DNA from: Octopus sinensis | Taxonomy: Eukaryota | DNA length: 64,000 nt | Direction: 5' to 3' | Assembly (NCBI RefSeq): GCF_006345805.1 | Contig: NC_042998.1 | Coordinates: 88,412,001 to 88,476,000, forward strand | Part shown: positions 1 through 13,892 of the stretch, piece by piece | How the letters are laid out: each line of letters opens with the position of its first letter | Position numbering within the stretch: position 1 is the first letter of the stretch | The notes under the pieces: generated by a model | Told to the model about the DNA's origin: nothing | The model's input: the letters and a program-made list of their open reading frames with translations, nothing else | Database searches by the model: none | Program-made: the position numbers and the translations under genes

Positions 1-840
1 TATTATTATTATTATTATTATCATCATTATTATTATTATTTAATAACTTATAAAGTATTCCATTTTTTAGAGTTTTAATTTATGTTTTACTTTATACTAC
101 ATCACAAGGGATTACTGCTGCAAAATCTATGCTAATTCAACAGTCCCTGAACAAACTGGTTCGAGTTACTGCAAAGCAGAAGAACAAGGAGTAAAATGTC
201 TTTGTTCCGCTTTATTTGAATCCTTTCTCTTGTGGCTGCAGGCCGAAGCAAACACAAATACAAAGATTGAAAAAATATTAATAAATTAGATTTAAAAAAA
301 GGCTCTGTCTAATGTCCTTCAATACACATAACAGAATACTTAGCACCTTAAATTTCACAAAGATTTTATGAGCTTTTACTGTTGCTTAAATACTGACGTT
401 CATTTTCGGCAGCGCTTATCAGTAAGTTATACGCTCCATGCTCTGGTCAGTGTGGCATAACGTTTCTGTATTTAAATCCATCAATATTCCTAATACTCGT
501 TAGTTTTTGCTTGATTTTCCAATATTTGGTCATTGTATGCATACACACAGAGACGTACACACATGCGCGCACGCACACACACACACAGACACGTATACAT
601 ATATCAATAAATGATAAAAGTACAAGAGTTAAGTAGTCACTTTCATTAGCTTAAAGTTGTTTCTCCTACAAGGATTTGTGTATTTAGATATGAGCGCCAG
701 TGCGCCAGCTCAAAGCCAGTTCAATGAAGTGTTATTTTATTGTGGAAAGCATTTAAATATATCATGTACTGTGATATTGATAACGTTGTACCTAAGCGGA
801 ATCATTACACACACACACACACACACATACATACACACAC

Positions 841-871
<31 letters not shown>

Positions 872-880
872 TATATATAT

Positions 881-1075
881 GGCTGTGTGGTAAGTAGCTT
901 GCTTCCCAATCACATGGTTCTGGGTTCAGTCCCATTGTGGGGCACCGTGCGCAGGTGTCTTCTACTATAGCCTCGGGCCGACCGAAGCCTTGTGAGCGGA
1001 TTTGGTAGACGGAAACTAAAAGAAGCCCGTCGTATATGTCTACATATATATATATACATATATATAATATATATA

Positions 1076-1111
<36 letters not shown>

Positions 1112-1405
1112 TGTATGTATGTATGCATGCATGCATGCATGCATGTATGTATGTATGTATGTATGTATATATATATATTTGTATGTGCGTCTGTGTTTGT
1201 CCCCACCATCGCTTGACAATTGTTTTTGGTGTGTTTACGTCCCCATAACTTAGCGGTTCGGCAAAAGAGATCGATAGAATAAGTACTAGGCTTACAAAGA
1301 ATAAGTCCTGGGGTGGATTTGCTCGACTAAAGGCGGTGCTCCAGCATGGCCACAGTCCAATGACTGAAACAAGTAAAATAATAAAAGAATAAAAAAGAGT
1401 AAAAG
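881..1405 (+). mobile_element. tRNA-derived SINE (family A) with internal microsatellite and LINE-derived tail
   Basis: Pol III A/B-box-like head (GGCTGTGTGGTAAG...GGTTCAGTCCC), CORE-like segment, internal (TA)n(TGTA)n, and tail GGCGGTGCTCCAGCATGGCC-stem-loop-GAAAC-A-rich; many copies in the window. Confidence 0.85.
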
Positions 1406-1419
1406 AACAAATATACATA

Positions 1420-1599
1420 GGCGCAGGAGTGGTTGTGTGGTAAGTAGTTTGCTTACCAACCACATGGTTCCTGGTTCAGTCCCACTGCATGGCACCTTGG
1501 GCAAGTGTCTTCTACTATATCCTCGGGCCGACCAAAGCCTTGTGAGTGGATTTGGTAGACGGAATCTGAAATAAGCAAAATATGTGTGTGTGTGTGTGT

Positions 1600-1640
<41 letters not shown>

Positions 1641-1870
1641 GTGTGTGTGTATGTTTGTGTTTGTGACCTCAACATCGCTTGTCAACCGATGCTGGTGTGT
1701 TTACGTCCCGTAACCTAGCGGTTCGGCAAGAGAGATCGATTGAATAAGTACTAGGATTACAAATAATAAGTCCTGGGGTTGATTTGCTCGATTAAAGGTG
1801 CTGCTCCAGCATGGCTGCAGTCAAATGGCTGGAACAAATAAAAGAATGAAAGAATAAAAGAATATAAAAG
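1420..1870 (+). mobile_element. SINE family A, second head-to-tail copy
   Basis: Starts GGCGCAGGAGTGGTTGTGTGGTAAG; same modules as 881-1405 but with internal (TG)n. Confidence 0.85.
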
Positions 1871-2047
1871 AACATACATTCATACATACACAGACAAATG
1901 TGAATTTGTGTGTGTTGACTACAACCCAAAGATGAGGCCTCGTATCTTTGGTAGAAACCGGTTCCCTCCTCAGTGGAAGGTGTATAATAATTAAAAAATA
2001 GAATAAACATATATACATACACGTAATATATTTATATATATACATAT

Positions 2048-2184
2048 ATGATGATGATGATGATGATGATGACGACGACGACGACGACGACGACGATGAT
2101 GATGATGACGATGATGACGATGATGACGATGATGACGATGGTGATGATGATGATGACGATGATGACGATGATGACGATGATGAC

Positions 2185-2217
<33 letters not shown>

Positions 2218-2235
2218 GACGACGGCGATGATGAC
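2048..2235. repeat. (GAT/GAC)n trinucleotide microsatellite
   Basis: Direct reading. Confidence 0.95.
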
Positions 2236-3545
2236 TGCCTCATTTTAAGGCAATTATATATGTGTGTGTATGTATGTATATAATACATTCGGTATGCAGA
2301 ATTGAAACAGTATTATATTAAATTGCCATCTGTGTGCGATACTTAATGAATGCATACCGTTTGTAGACATGATACTGTGGAAGTGTCCGAGATGAAAATT
2401 TTTTCATAGGCTTGTCATATTAAAAACACACTAAATATCAGAGCGATATGACCGTCGTCGCTGACGTGTTTCTCTTTTGTTGCAGCTTATAAATGCCGTG
2501 CACTCAATTGTCTCTTGCTTAAACGAAATTCGTGCTTCGATATATAGGAAACTATACAAAGCATTCATTGGTATTGTAAAAGCTTGCCAAACTGTAGAAA
2601 GACTCGGTATATTGAAACAACATTATACTCGCCAAGACGACAAGATTTGAGAGTGAAAGAGGGTGGATGACTAGGAGAGTTGAGTTGATCAGGTGTGCTG
2701 AGATAAGTGAGGTGGAAAACCGCTTGCTGCTTTAGAACAGAAATACAATATAAGTCTTACTTGAGATATACAGTTTGTGTGTGTAAAGTAACTATGTACA
2801 AAAGGTTATCGAGGAATAAATAGTATTAACATCTTCATAGGAATAATTGTAGTAAATAATAAAGGTCATTGAAAGAAAGAAAGAAGAGTAACAGGGAGAA
2901 AAACCAAATATTAAGGGACGGTAGAATTGATATAGTGTGAGTTAAAGAACCCCTAATATGAAACCATATTAGAAAATACTAGCAATCCAAGAAATGAAAG
3001 GTGCATTCTGCTCGAGTGATCCAAATCTGTTAGGAGGTTCTTTGTCACACATAGGTAAAAATAACGATGTCAAGAGTACGAACTCCACACTACAGTAACA
3101 TGTCTACCATTGTTATAGAGATTATTGCTACCCTTTCTCTCACGTCATCTTGGCTGCATTCTCCTGCAACAGTTCCGTTCATGTTCCATGATAGCAGTTT
3201 CGTTTCTGATGTAGCCTACAATCCGCAAAATATATTGCATGTCATGTATTCATAGCGTCTCTATTAGCTAATAAGACATTGAGGAGAACCATAGCTCTTG
3301 CTACCTTCATTGGTTAAAAATATAGATTTGTATGTCTTCTAAAATAACTTGTCAAAAGTCAACAAGTTCATAATTTCCTATTGCATGAAATTAAAATATA
3401 ATAAATATCTTTCACACAGCAAGACGATGGACAGAAGGTTGAAATCTGTACAAAATTAGAATACACATGAACACACCTATCCACACACATGTACTCACAC
3501 GCATACTCACATACACACACGAACACACACGCATAAATACGCATA

Positions 3546-3950
3546 GGCGCAGGAGTAGCTGTGTGGTAAGTAGCTTGCTTACCAACCACATGGTTCCTGG
3601 TTCAGTCCCACTGCGTGGCACCTTGGGCAAGTGTCTTCTTCTATAGCCTCGGACTGACCACAACCTTGTGAGTAGATTTGGTAGACGGAAACCGAAAGAA
3701 GCCCGTCGTATACATATGTATATATTTGTGTGTGTATCTGTGTTTGTCCCCCCCCCCACCACCACCACAACCACCATCGTTTGACAACCGAAGCTGGTGT
3801 GTTTACGTCCCCATAACTTAGCAGTTCGGCAAAAGAGACCAATAGGATAAGTACTAGGCTTACAAAGAATAAGTTCTGGGGTCGAATTGTTCGGCTAAAG
3901 GCGCTGCTCCAGCATGGCCGTAGTCAATTGACTGAAACAAATGAAAGAAT
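3546..3950 (+). mobile_element. SINE family A
   Basis: Full head, body and tail matching the copies at 881 and 1420. Confidence 0.85.
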
Positions 3951-4510
3951 ACATACATACAGATGTTCTCACATGCTTTCATAACCTTTATTTTGCTGAA
4001 AAATCCCTTTGGGAGTTCGATACCCAATATTTCGTGAAGCCGGCTATTTAGAATGTACAATGTATTGAATGGAAATGTATTGCTCATCAACAAAGAGTTG
4101 ATAGCTAACATGCAAAGTGCAACATCTCTTGAACATTACCTAGTCTGTTAAGTATGCTTCTACCTCTTAATACGGATTAATGAAGCTACTTAACGACAGT
4201 TATTTTACCTCATATATTAATCTTTATACAGTATTAAGTGTATCAGTTAATCAGTTTGCCTACTTTTAGAGATGTAGCTAAACAATGCTGCTATTTGTCG
4301 CCTTCCTTACTCCGTTCCGTCATCTCTTTGTTTCCTGCTGTTATTTTGCTTCCCTTGCTCGTCTGTAAATGTTATACTTTAAATAATAAAAAACACTGAC
4401 GTTTTCATTTCATTGCTAAAATTACGCTTTATTTGGTTGTCTTTTTTGTTTCATCTTTTCTATTATTTATTCATCTGTTTGAAGTTTTAGTTGTTATATT
4501 TTTCTTATAT

Positions 4511-5826
4511 AGAAAACTTAGAAAACTTAGAAAACTTAGAAAAACTTAGATATGTTTCGACCAGAGATTGGTCCAGGCCATGTCTAACTTAATAGCACCA
4601 CCTGATAGGATTATTCGAATCCTGTTTAAGTCAAGTTTTGTTCAAGTAGTGAGTTCTTGTTGGGTGAGTTGTATCCAGTTTTGTTCAAGTAGTGAGTTCT
4701 TGTTGGGTGAGTTGTATCCAATTATGGGTGGCTTGTCTGGTATTCTTTGAAGGAATCTATCCAGACTCTGTTTGAAGTGATGGGATCCTTTTCCTCTTTG
4801 ATCTCCCTCGGGACAATGTTAAATAGGGCAGGGCCTGTTGAGGAAAAGAAATTATGTTGCAGTGTACATGTATGTTGTGATCTTGAATTTGGCAGGGGAC
4901 GTATAGCCCGTGGTCCAAGTCTCGGATGAACCTTGAAGCTAATGTTTAGGTCGTTTGGGCAAAGTTGGCGGTATATTTTCCACATCGTACAAATGATGTA
5001 CCGCTCACGGCGACGCTGGAGGGAGTAAAGTTTCAAGGCTTTAAGGCGATCCCAATAGTCGAGAGCAGCCATGCCTTCAATTTGTTTAGTGAGAGCCCTC
5101 TGGGGTGACTCAATTCTGGAGATGTTTTGTCTTGTGTGAGGAGACCACAGTGGGCAGCAGTATTCAAGGTGTGGCCGTACAAAGGATGAAAAAAGTGGTA
5201 TGATGACACCTTGTTCTCTGGACCGGAAAGTTCTTAAGATCCAGGAACTCATCCTACGAGCTGTATCGACCTTCTTGTTGATGTGTGCGCTCCAACTGAG
5301 ATCGTCATCAACAATTACACCAGGTCTCTGATATTGTTAGAGGCTGTGAGCGGTTCCCCTGAAGGAAGAGAGTATGGTTGCTTTAGTGAGGAATTTCTTC
5401 CAAAATGCATCAGCTCAAATTTTCCCTCATTCAGTTGCATTTTGTTTCTGTCTGCCCATTGACTCACAGCATATAGGTCAGACTGGAGTTGAGTTCGGTC
5501 TGCTTCTTCATTGACGATTTGCTGGAGCTTAGTGTCATCAGCGAATATTTTCACTTTGCAGTGATGTACGACACTGGAAAGGTCGTTTACATAAATTATG
5601 AAGAGTAGCGGACCCAAAACAGTTCCCTGGGGAACACCGCTGGTGACTTTTGCTGGGTTTGAGTGGACTCCATCAACTACAACATGTTGTGTTCTATTCG
5701 CTAGGAAATACTGAATCCAGTGTAGAACTTTTCCACGGATTCCAACATTTGCCAATTTTGAGAGTAGGATGTTATGGTCTACCCTGTCGAACGCTTTACT
5801 GAAGTCAAGGTATATGACTTCAGTAG
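4511..5826 (-). mobile_element. 5'-truncated CR1/L2-group non-LTR retrotransposon (RT C-terminal half + 3' tail)
   Basis: ORFs 5315-5755 and 4722-5252 carry SGVPQGTVLGPLLF, KIFADDTKL, VRPHLEYCCPLWSPH and LYSLQRRRERY; the 3' end is followed by (CTAAGTTTT)n. Confidence 0.9.
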
Positions 5827-5927
5827 ATTTTATACATTTTTTCTTATATATAATTTTCTATATTTTTCTTTTATATAATTTTATATATTTTTCTTATATA
5901 TGATTTTATATATATTTTTCTTATATA

Positions 5928-6500
5928 TCGACGAGGATATTAAGACGAGAATAAGTAAGGCAAGGACCGCTTTTCACCTGTTAAAGAAAGTATGGTGCGC
6001 AAGCGAAATTTCAATAAAGAACAAAATAAGAATTTTTAACACTAACGTAAAAGCGGTGTTATTGTATAGGGCTGAGACATGGCGAACAACAGTTAAGTCA
6101 AATAAGCAAATACAATCATTCATCACCAAATGCTTGCGTAGTATACTTAAAATTAGATGGCCCGAACACATAAGCAATATGGAGCTATGGCAAAGAACAA
6201 ATGAAGTTTCGATTAGGGAGCAAATATTTAAGAAAAAGTGGAAGTGGATTAATAGCACAATTAGAAAAGACACACCAAATGTAGCGAAAAGTGCTTTACA
6301 GTGAAAACCGGATGGATATAGGAGAGGTAGACCTAAGAATTCGTGGCGGAGATCAACACAAAAGGAACTAGAGAAAGGGGGACATTCATGGCAGTGTATA
6401 AGTACAGAAGCTAAAAATTATGCGACATGGAATTCAACTATAAGTGGCCTATACTCCGCGTTGGAGGGTTAAAGGCATAAAGAAGAACAAAGAAAGAAGA
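5928..6500 (+). mobile_element. RTE-clade LINE 3' fragment
   Basis: DIKTRISKARTAF...KIRIFNTNVKAVLLY.AETW...CLRSILKIRWPEHISN matches the typical RTE post-RT region; (AAG)-rich tail. Confidence 0.85.
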
Positions 6501-6663
6501 ATAATTATATATATTTTTTTCTTATATGTAATTTTATATATATTTTTCTTATATATAATTTTATGTATTTTATATTTACTCTTTGTTGAAGAAATGGATG
6601 GTAAAAATTTGATTTAACGAATCAATACCACGGTATTTGATTGTTTCTGTGTGTGAGTGTACA

Positions 6664-6796
6664 TAGATAAATAAATTGACAGACAGACAGACAAATGGAC
6701 AGACAGTCGGGCAAACAGACAGGCAGGCACACAGACGTGCATACAGACGTACAGACAGACAGGCAGACAAGTAGATAGGTAGATAGATAGATAGAC

Positions 6797-6885
<89 letters not shown>

Positions 6886-7020
6886 CACAGACAGATAGAC
6901 AGACAGACAAGCAGGCAGGCAGACAGACAGATAAACAGGCAGGTATACAAACAAGCAGGCGACAGGTCGATAGATAAATAGATAGCTTGATCGATCGATA
7001 GATAGATAGATAGATAGACG
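6664..7020. repeat. (GACA)n/(GATA)n compound microsatellite
   Basis: Direct reading; similar tracts at 20097-20195, 37530-37615 and 43395-43580. Confidence 0.95.
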
Positions 7021-7432
7021 ACGGTGGTCCAGTTTTACCATTTTTTTCGTTTAGTATTATTTGCATTACTGTTTCAAACGAGATATAAAGGACTAATGAA
7101 GAGATGAGAAACGTCTTAACAGAAATTATGAAACCAAACCAGTCATACTCGATATAACTGTTTCCAGTACAGGCACAAGGTCTAAGATTTGTTGGGGGGA
7201 AAGGATTGCTTAGTCGCTTAAATCAACCATATTACTTGAGTTGTACTTTAATCTATTCTTTCCGGAAGGATGGAAGGCAAAGTCGACGTCAGCGGAATTT
7301 GAACCGAGTACATAATGAGTGCTAAAAATTCCGCAAGGAATTCTAACAGTTCATACCCAAGTCATGCTCATAATAAGATTAGCTGTTCCTCACATACCCA
7401 CATACATAGGCATACATATTTACACATACATG

Positions 7433-7534
<102 letters not shown>

Positions 7535-8844
7535 CAAATTATCCACCCAGCTTTCTTTTATCTAATTATTCCATAGCTTTAGTAACCACATTATGATTTA
7601 ACATTACCTAACTTCAGTTACCCCTTGAAAGTATTTTATTTCATTTCTGTCGCTTAAACCTTTAGACAATTAAAGCGATTCTAACTTTTGTTTAACCATT
7701 CGCCAATAAATATATGGAAATATATAATCCTGAACCTGTTTAAACCCCAGATATTTCGAGTAAGATGCAAATAGTGTATCTTCTCTATATTGATGGCTGG
7801 CATTAATACGTGAGACAGCAGTGTGAATTTGACACCAAACACTCTAGAACTTGAGAACTAAAACTAATTAACTATGTTTACAATTTTCCCTTTATTCAAT
7901 CAGTGTATTGCAGTAAATTTGACATAGGTTCTTTAAGATCAGAATATTTTGGCAAATTTCCTTTTCTGCATTTTTTCCGCTATCATTTTAACCAACCCAT
8001 ATGTTTGTATCTTTCAACGGTGAGCTACACATGATCCTCATATTTGTGTCTCGGCATGTCGACCATCATCTGTGTTTGAATACATCATAAACTAAAGTCA
8101 TGCAAATAGAAGCCGAACTGTCTTTGGATGTTGGACTGATTTCCCTTAGTAAACATGGACTTTGATTCATTTACCTTATGCAGGAAAGAGAATCATGAGA
8201 TACAAACAACTAAATAATTCAAAGTGATGCATTATTTTTTTCGTTTAGATTTTAATTTTCAGCGATCTCATAATATGTAGACAACTCTGAAAATTCTGCC
8301 TCTCCGGAACAGAAACTAAGATTGCATTGTGTAATATCATTTCACACAAATAAGAACTAAAAGAAAGTTTTGCAGTACTTTGTTTCCAGAAAGGAGAAAG
8401 TGAAATGACAAGGCTGGTACATTTAGCTCCGAATAAAGTAAGAGTAAAATGACAATTATTTCTCTGCTAAATCTGAAGCATTTTATCACCGTCCGAATAT
8501 TCAGGTAAATTTCAGTGTCAAGTTCTTTTTCGTCTGGAATTTAGATATTTTAGTCTTTCCACGTGTTTATTTGTGTACATTTGCACTGAGGATACACAAT
8601 ATCCTGAAAGGGACTGTCTGCAAATTGAGAGATTGCTAGATATGAAATATATAAGCAAAAATATATCGGTTTAAATTACGAATTACTTGCTTGTAACAAC
8701 CCGGAAAAAAAACATTCATCATATGCTTCTCTGCTATAATACGATGAATGATCCAAACTTTATTTATGCCAAAGAAATTCAGCCAAACAACCAATCACAG
8801 CGTAACTTCTACTTCTTCTTCTTCTTCTTCTTCTGCTGCTGCTG

Positions 8845-8875
<31 letters not shown>

Positions 8876-10339
8876 CACTACTACTATCACTACTACTGCT
8901 GCTGCTGCTATAATTCTCTCTTTGAACAGATATAATGTAATGCAATTCTAGCACCTACACTGAATATTCACAATACGTTAAAACAGTTCCATCTTTGGCT
9001 TCATATATTATTGAATATTAAATATATAAGAAAAAATATATTGCTTTGAATTAGAAATTACTTGTTCGCACCAACTTGAAAATAAGCATTTCCCATATTT
9101 CCTACATAAGATCTCTCTTTCCGAACTTGAGATAAATAGCCTCGTTTTGGTCATAATAATATAAGAAAATAAAAATGCATAAGAATTATTCTATCGAAAC
9201 ATTTGTGACTCTGCATATTAAATTTTCAGAATTATGTATTTAAGTGACTAATTCTAATACCGCCAGTTTATTACATTAGCAATTATCATTACGAAAGCTT
9301 TCTTTCAGAAAAATAAGGCTATTTATTATTTCTAGCTGTAGTCGATGATACCAGACTACCAAGATGTTGTTTTTGGTTCTTTAGGACAAGGAAGTTTCTT
9401 CTGTTTGGACATCCTGTATCGACACAATTTCACACACAGCACATTTCTCATACACTACACATTCTTCTGCATCTGTATTATTTTCTTTGATTAGTTTTTC
9501 ATTTGTCTTTCAACTTCAGTTATTCTTCACTTCTTAATAACTCGTAAAAACTGGCATAGTTTTCATGTCCTACCCCTTTTCAAAAGTTTCAAGACGATTC
9601 AAAAGTTATTGTTGGGATTTCTTGGTGTCCTTTTGTTTTTTACCTATGTGTTGCTTTTCTTCTTTTCGTGATCTGGGGTTAAATATTTCCTTGTGGCTGA
9701 GGTAGATTTTACGCATTTGATATTCTAAATTTCGAATGAGTTTCTTTTCTTCAGTTTTATCTGATTTGCTGCCACGCTGAATTTTATTCCTTTTTCCATT
9801 GGCCATACTATTAAACAGCAGATAATATTACCATAATTACTCCTAGAAAGTATTTTGCGTCCAGACGGAAGTTAAACTGTCTATCACTTCAATAACTAAC
9901 AAAGTCTAATACTGGTTCCATTTCTCTTAATATCTCTTCTACTCTGACATGCTATTTTGTCTTTCGGTTCTTTATATTTGCTTCATATTCACTCATTACA
10001 CTGCGGTCTCCATTTTACCTTATCATGAATAACCTTTCATCACTTAGAACTTAGAACATTCTCTTTCGGGACTCCCTTAATGATTTTAGTCAGTATCTCT
10101 AGGTCTACTTAACTACACGGAATTGCGTTCATCACATATATGGCTAATAAAACTATTCAGACGGCCAACATTCTTCAAAAACATGAAACCATTACAGAGG
10201 AAATACCACTCGTTAGATTTAGGGAGTTTTGATAATGGCATCTCAGACACTGGCTGGGACTGAGCGAGATTAAAGGGATGGATATGAAAACCACTCAACG
10301 CCTTTTGCAGTTTCAAGTACCTGACAAACGATTCAGTGA

Positions 10340-10530
10340 TAAATCGTCTAGGTGAATGCTCAACCTGCTAGAAATAGCAATTAAATCTTTTCCAAAAAGA
10401 ACCTGTCATCATAAAAGTGGAAAATTTCATTTTCTAAAACACTCTGCTGGAAAACGAAACGTAGGGGTGCACTTATTTGGAACGCTTTGATCAAGAATGT
10501 CCTGGAGTTAAATAATCTAAACATCTACAG
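10340..10530 (+). repeat. old dispersed repeat (family D; CCTGCTAGAAATAGCA... motif)
   Basis: Same motif recurs at about 14940, 15158, 24515 and 29443 (+) and about 17720 and 50005 (-), usually ending in GGGCTAAACAAC-like sequence. Confidence 0.55.
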
Positions 10531-10674
10531 CTGTCAAATAGAAAACCACGAGATTTCCCGAATATTTTGGGAGAGGCATCCACCCTAGACATAGAATTTA
10601 AAGCCCATCTCGGAGATAGGCCACTCTCAAAAGAAAATGTTTGAAAATATTCTAAAAGTATTTCAGATATTTTA

Positions 10675-10860
10675 TTTTTTACTTGTTTCTGTCATTTGAT
10701 TGTAGCAATGCAGAAGTACCGCCTTTAGACGAACAAATTGACCCCAAGGCATATATTTTAAAGCCTAGTACTGATTCTATCGGTCTTTTGTCGAACAGCT
10801 AAGTTACGGGGACATAAACACATCAACACCCGCTGTCAAGCAGCCATGGGGAACAAACAG
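10675..10860 (-). mobile_element. SINE family A 3' fragment
   Basis: Reverse complement of the family A tail and 3' body. Confidence 0.7.
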
Positions 10861-11184
10861 AGAAGCTAGAAGACAAATGTGTTGAAAATGAATTTACAAA
10901 TCTTCTCTACAATCCTTATCCAGGCATGGTGCTTGCTTCATATAAACTCGTCAACTCACAGCAGTCTGAGAACGCCTCCAGTTGTATGAACCGGCAAATG
11001 ATCACAGTATTTAGAAAGCATCGCAGCTAAATTTAAAACCTTAAGTAAGATTAATAATGAATTAAAGATTTCTTTTATGAGGTTGACATTTTCTATTAGT
11101 AGTTTTACGTTTCTATAAGCAAAAATGACGAAAACTTCCATTTTTTTGTTTTTATTTTTTATTTATTTTATTTTATTTATTATC

Positions 11185-11875
11185 TCCAAAATGACCGAGG
11201 GTATCTTGACATCACTCAGCAAGACGTTTGTCAGCCACTCTCCTGCTATCTATGTAAGGTTTATATATCTTTGGTGCGGCCACACTTGGAATTTGCATCA
11301 CCAGTCTGGAACTCCTATCTTGCTCAGGACATTGACCTCCTGAAAACTGTTCAGAGACGTGCAACCAAGCGAATGCTCTCCATCAAGCATCTACCATACT
11401 CTGAATGCCTTGCTTCCCTGGGCATAGATACATTGAAGCTCCAATGCCTGGCAACTGACTTAGTAAACACCAACAAAATTATTAACCATCAGGCCAACAA
11501 CCACCTTGAACACCTTTTTGAGCTCCATGTATCTAACACACGTGGGCATGCCTTCAAAGTCAGAAAACAGCACAGCTCCCATGACTTTTGAAGACATTTT
11601 TTTCCCATTCAGTGCTGCTGAAGAATGAAACAAACTACCTGCATCATTTGTTAGTTACCGAGACATTGCATTCTTTAAAACCTCCATGCTTCCTGAAATT
11701 TGCCAACACTAGACCTGATATCTCATCTCCATACGCCTGCACACATGTATATCATGACTCATACAATGTTCACTTTCCTGACTTTTGTACATAATTCTAT
11801 GTACTATACATGAATCTTTGATGAGTTGTAGTGCACCTGAGCACTATACACAATCATTTCATTATTAATATTATT
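11185..11875 (+). mobile_element. CR1/L2-group LINE 3' fragment
   Basis: VRPHLEFASPVWNSYL..DIDLLKTVQRRATK and SNTRGH motifs; (ATT)n tail. Confidence 0.85.
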
Positions 11876-11887
11876 ATTATCATTATT

Positions 11888-12446
11888 GAGTGAGAGAGCA
11901 GTGCTTGACATCAAAGTGACACTGGGGTAAAATATACGAAGCCCAGTATACCCATTATGACTACACGTCTGGTAAGGTTACACTAGGCATATGCATCACA
12001 ACCATATGTGCGCGACATGGTGATCTCATATCAAAATAAACAGCACATGACCTTGCAGGTGGGACCCATTTAGAATTTTCTTCTGGTCGAGTAACCCATC
12101 CCGCTCAAAAGGTCCCTGAATAAGGGTTGTTTAAGGATGTTGAATGAAGCACCAATGTTTCCAGAGGTGAATTATTCAAACCCCAAAGAATCCCTCTCTA
12201 CACATGGCTATGATGCACCCCCACTACTTCTGCTCGTGATCAGAGATGCACATATCGTCAGCCACTAAGGTACATGCTCAACTGGTTACGGTCAAACAAC
12301 TGACAAGCAAATCTGTGGTATTGAGCAGAATATTTACCGTAGCCCATCTTTTATACCAAGACAAAACAATGTACATGATTACACTTCCAATCAGTTAAGA
12401 TCAGAAGCCACGAGAGCCACTGCCTAGTACTGCATCAGGGCATTTA
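11888..12446. mobile_element. ~560-bp unclassified element embedded in (ATT)n
   Basis: Nearly identical to 41009-41567 and partly to 40577-40889; same termini (GAGTGAGAGAGCAG...CATCAGGGCATTTA). Confidence 0.8.
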
Positions 12447-12480
12447 TCATTATTTTATTATTATTATTATATTATTATTA

Positions 12481-12514
<34 letters not shown>

Positions 12515-12517
12515 GTT

Positions 12518-12595
<78 letters not shown>

Positions 12596-13410
12596 GTTGT
12601 TGTTACTGTCTAAAAAGAATGTAACAAATCTAAGCAAGACACAGCTTTTGTATTGTGAAAGTACTTTCTTTTGATCCACATATTCACATAGGCACAATAC
12701 TAGGCAATGATATGTTATATTCTATTTTAGAAATAACATAATATAAAAACGTTACATACAAGTATTGAGATTCTAAGGATCTTTAGCACTGCTTTTCCAT
12801 GGAAGAAAACACATACAAAATGAACAAGCATGCTTAGACAAACATCTATTACGAAACTTCAGCAAAAGAACATTCGTATTTTGTTAACTACCAGATCTGG
12901 TTAGAAAAGAATAAAAAATACCAAACGAATATTAAGAAAATTAAGAGCGATCTCCATAGGACAAATGTTGAGCTACCAGTAGTGATTTTTAATTGACTGT
13001 TGAAGGCAGACAACGCTTTGTAATAAATGTTCTTTGCAGAGATCCTCGACGTCATATCTTCATTTATTACCCCTCCAAAAAAAACGGCTTCATTTGTTTA
13101 CTTACACATAAACATAAATATAAACGATATTGAGGGGTTAACGATATATATATAAACGATATTGAGGGGTTAAACGATGTTGAGACTGTTTGTATGTAAG
13201 ATAAATATATATTCATGTATACGGAAGATAAATACGGTAAAAGTAAAGGCGTTCAGTGAAAATTACACCTATTCCACTATATTAAAAAATGTTTTCTATC
13301 TTTCTCAAGCTTCTCAAATCTATTTTCGAAACTGACCTCTTTTCTATGCCCTTCCTCAACTGTACCTGATTATCCTATATTCATTGACGTGTGTACATAC
13401 ATACATAAAT

Positions 13411-13445
<35 letters not shown>

Positions 13446-13513
13446 TACATACATACATACATACATACATACATACATACATACATACATACATACATAC
13501 ATACATACATACA

Positions 13514-13545
<32 letters not shown>

Positions 13546-13892
13546 CAAACAAACAAACATTCGAATTGGAACATATATAATTACGGTTTTAAGTCACATA
13601 AATGACACCCTTAAAAGGAGAATTTATAAACCACTGAACTGATGCAGATCACTACAAAAATTGTTCTCTATATCGACTCAGTTTAACCGGGAAAATAAGC
13701 AATGTGTGTATACACACGTAACCTTTCCATACTTGGAAGGTTAACATGAAACCATTTTGTAACATGACTTGGCTGCTATGAGACTAAATTTATGTGTAAA
13801 TACAATATATATGTGTATATGGAACGTCAGTGGATGGCATATCCGAAAAATAAGCACGCTCTAAACGCTAGAGCAGAAATGTATTTACAGGC

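Noticed and set aside
110-290. Short Cys-containing open frame near the window start
   Set aside because: No start codon or clear splice sites and no recognisable homology
4511-4550. (AGAAAACTT)n as a telomeric or CRISPR-like repeat
   Set aside because: Contiguous with the LINE 3' end and without spacers; it is a retrotransposon tail
13117-13180. Tandem duplication of TAAACGATATTGAGGGGTTAA
   Set aside because: Ordinary local slippage duplication
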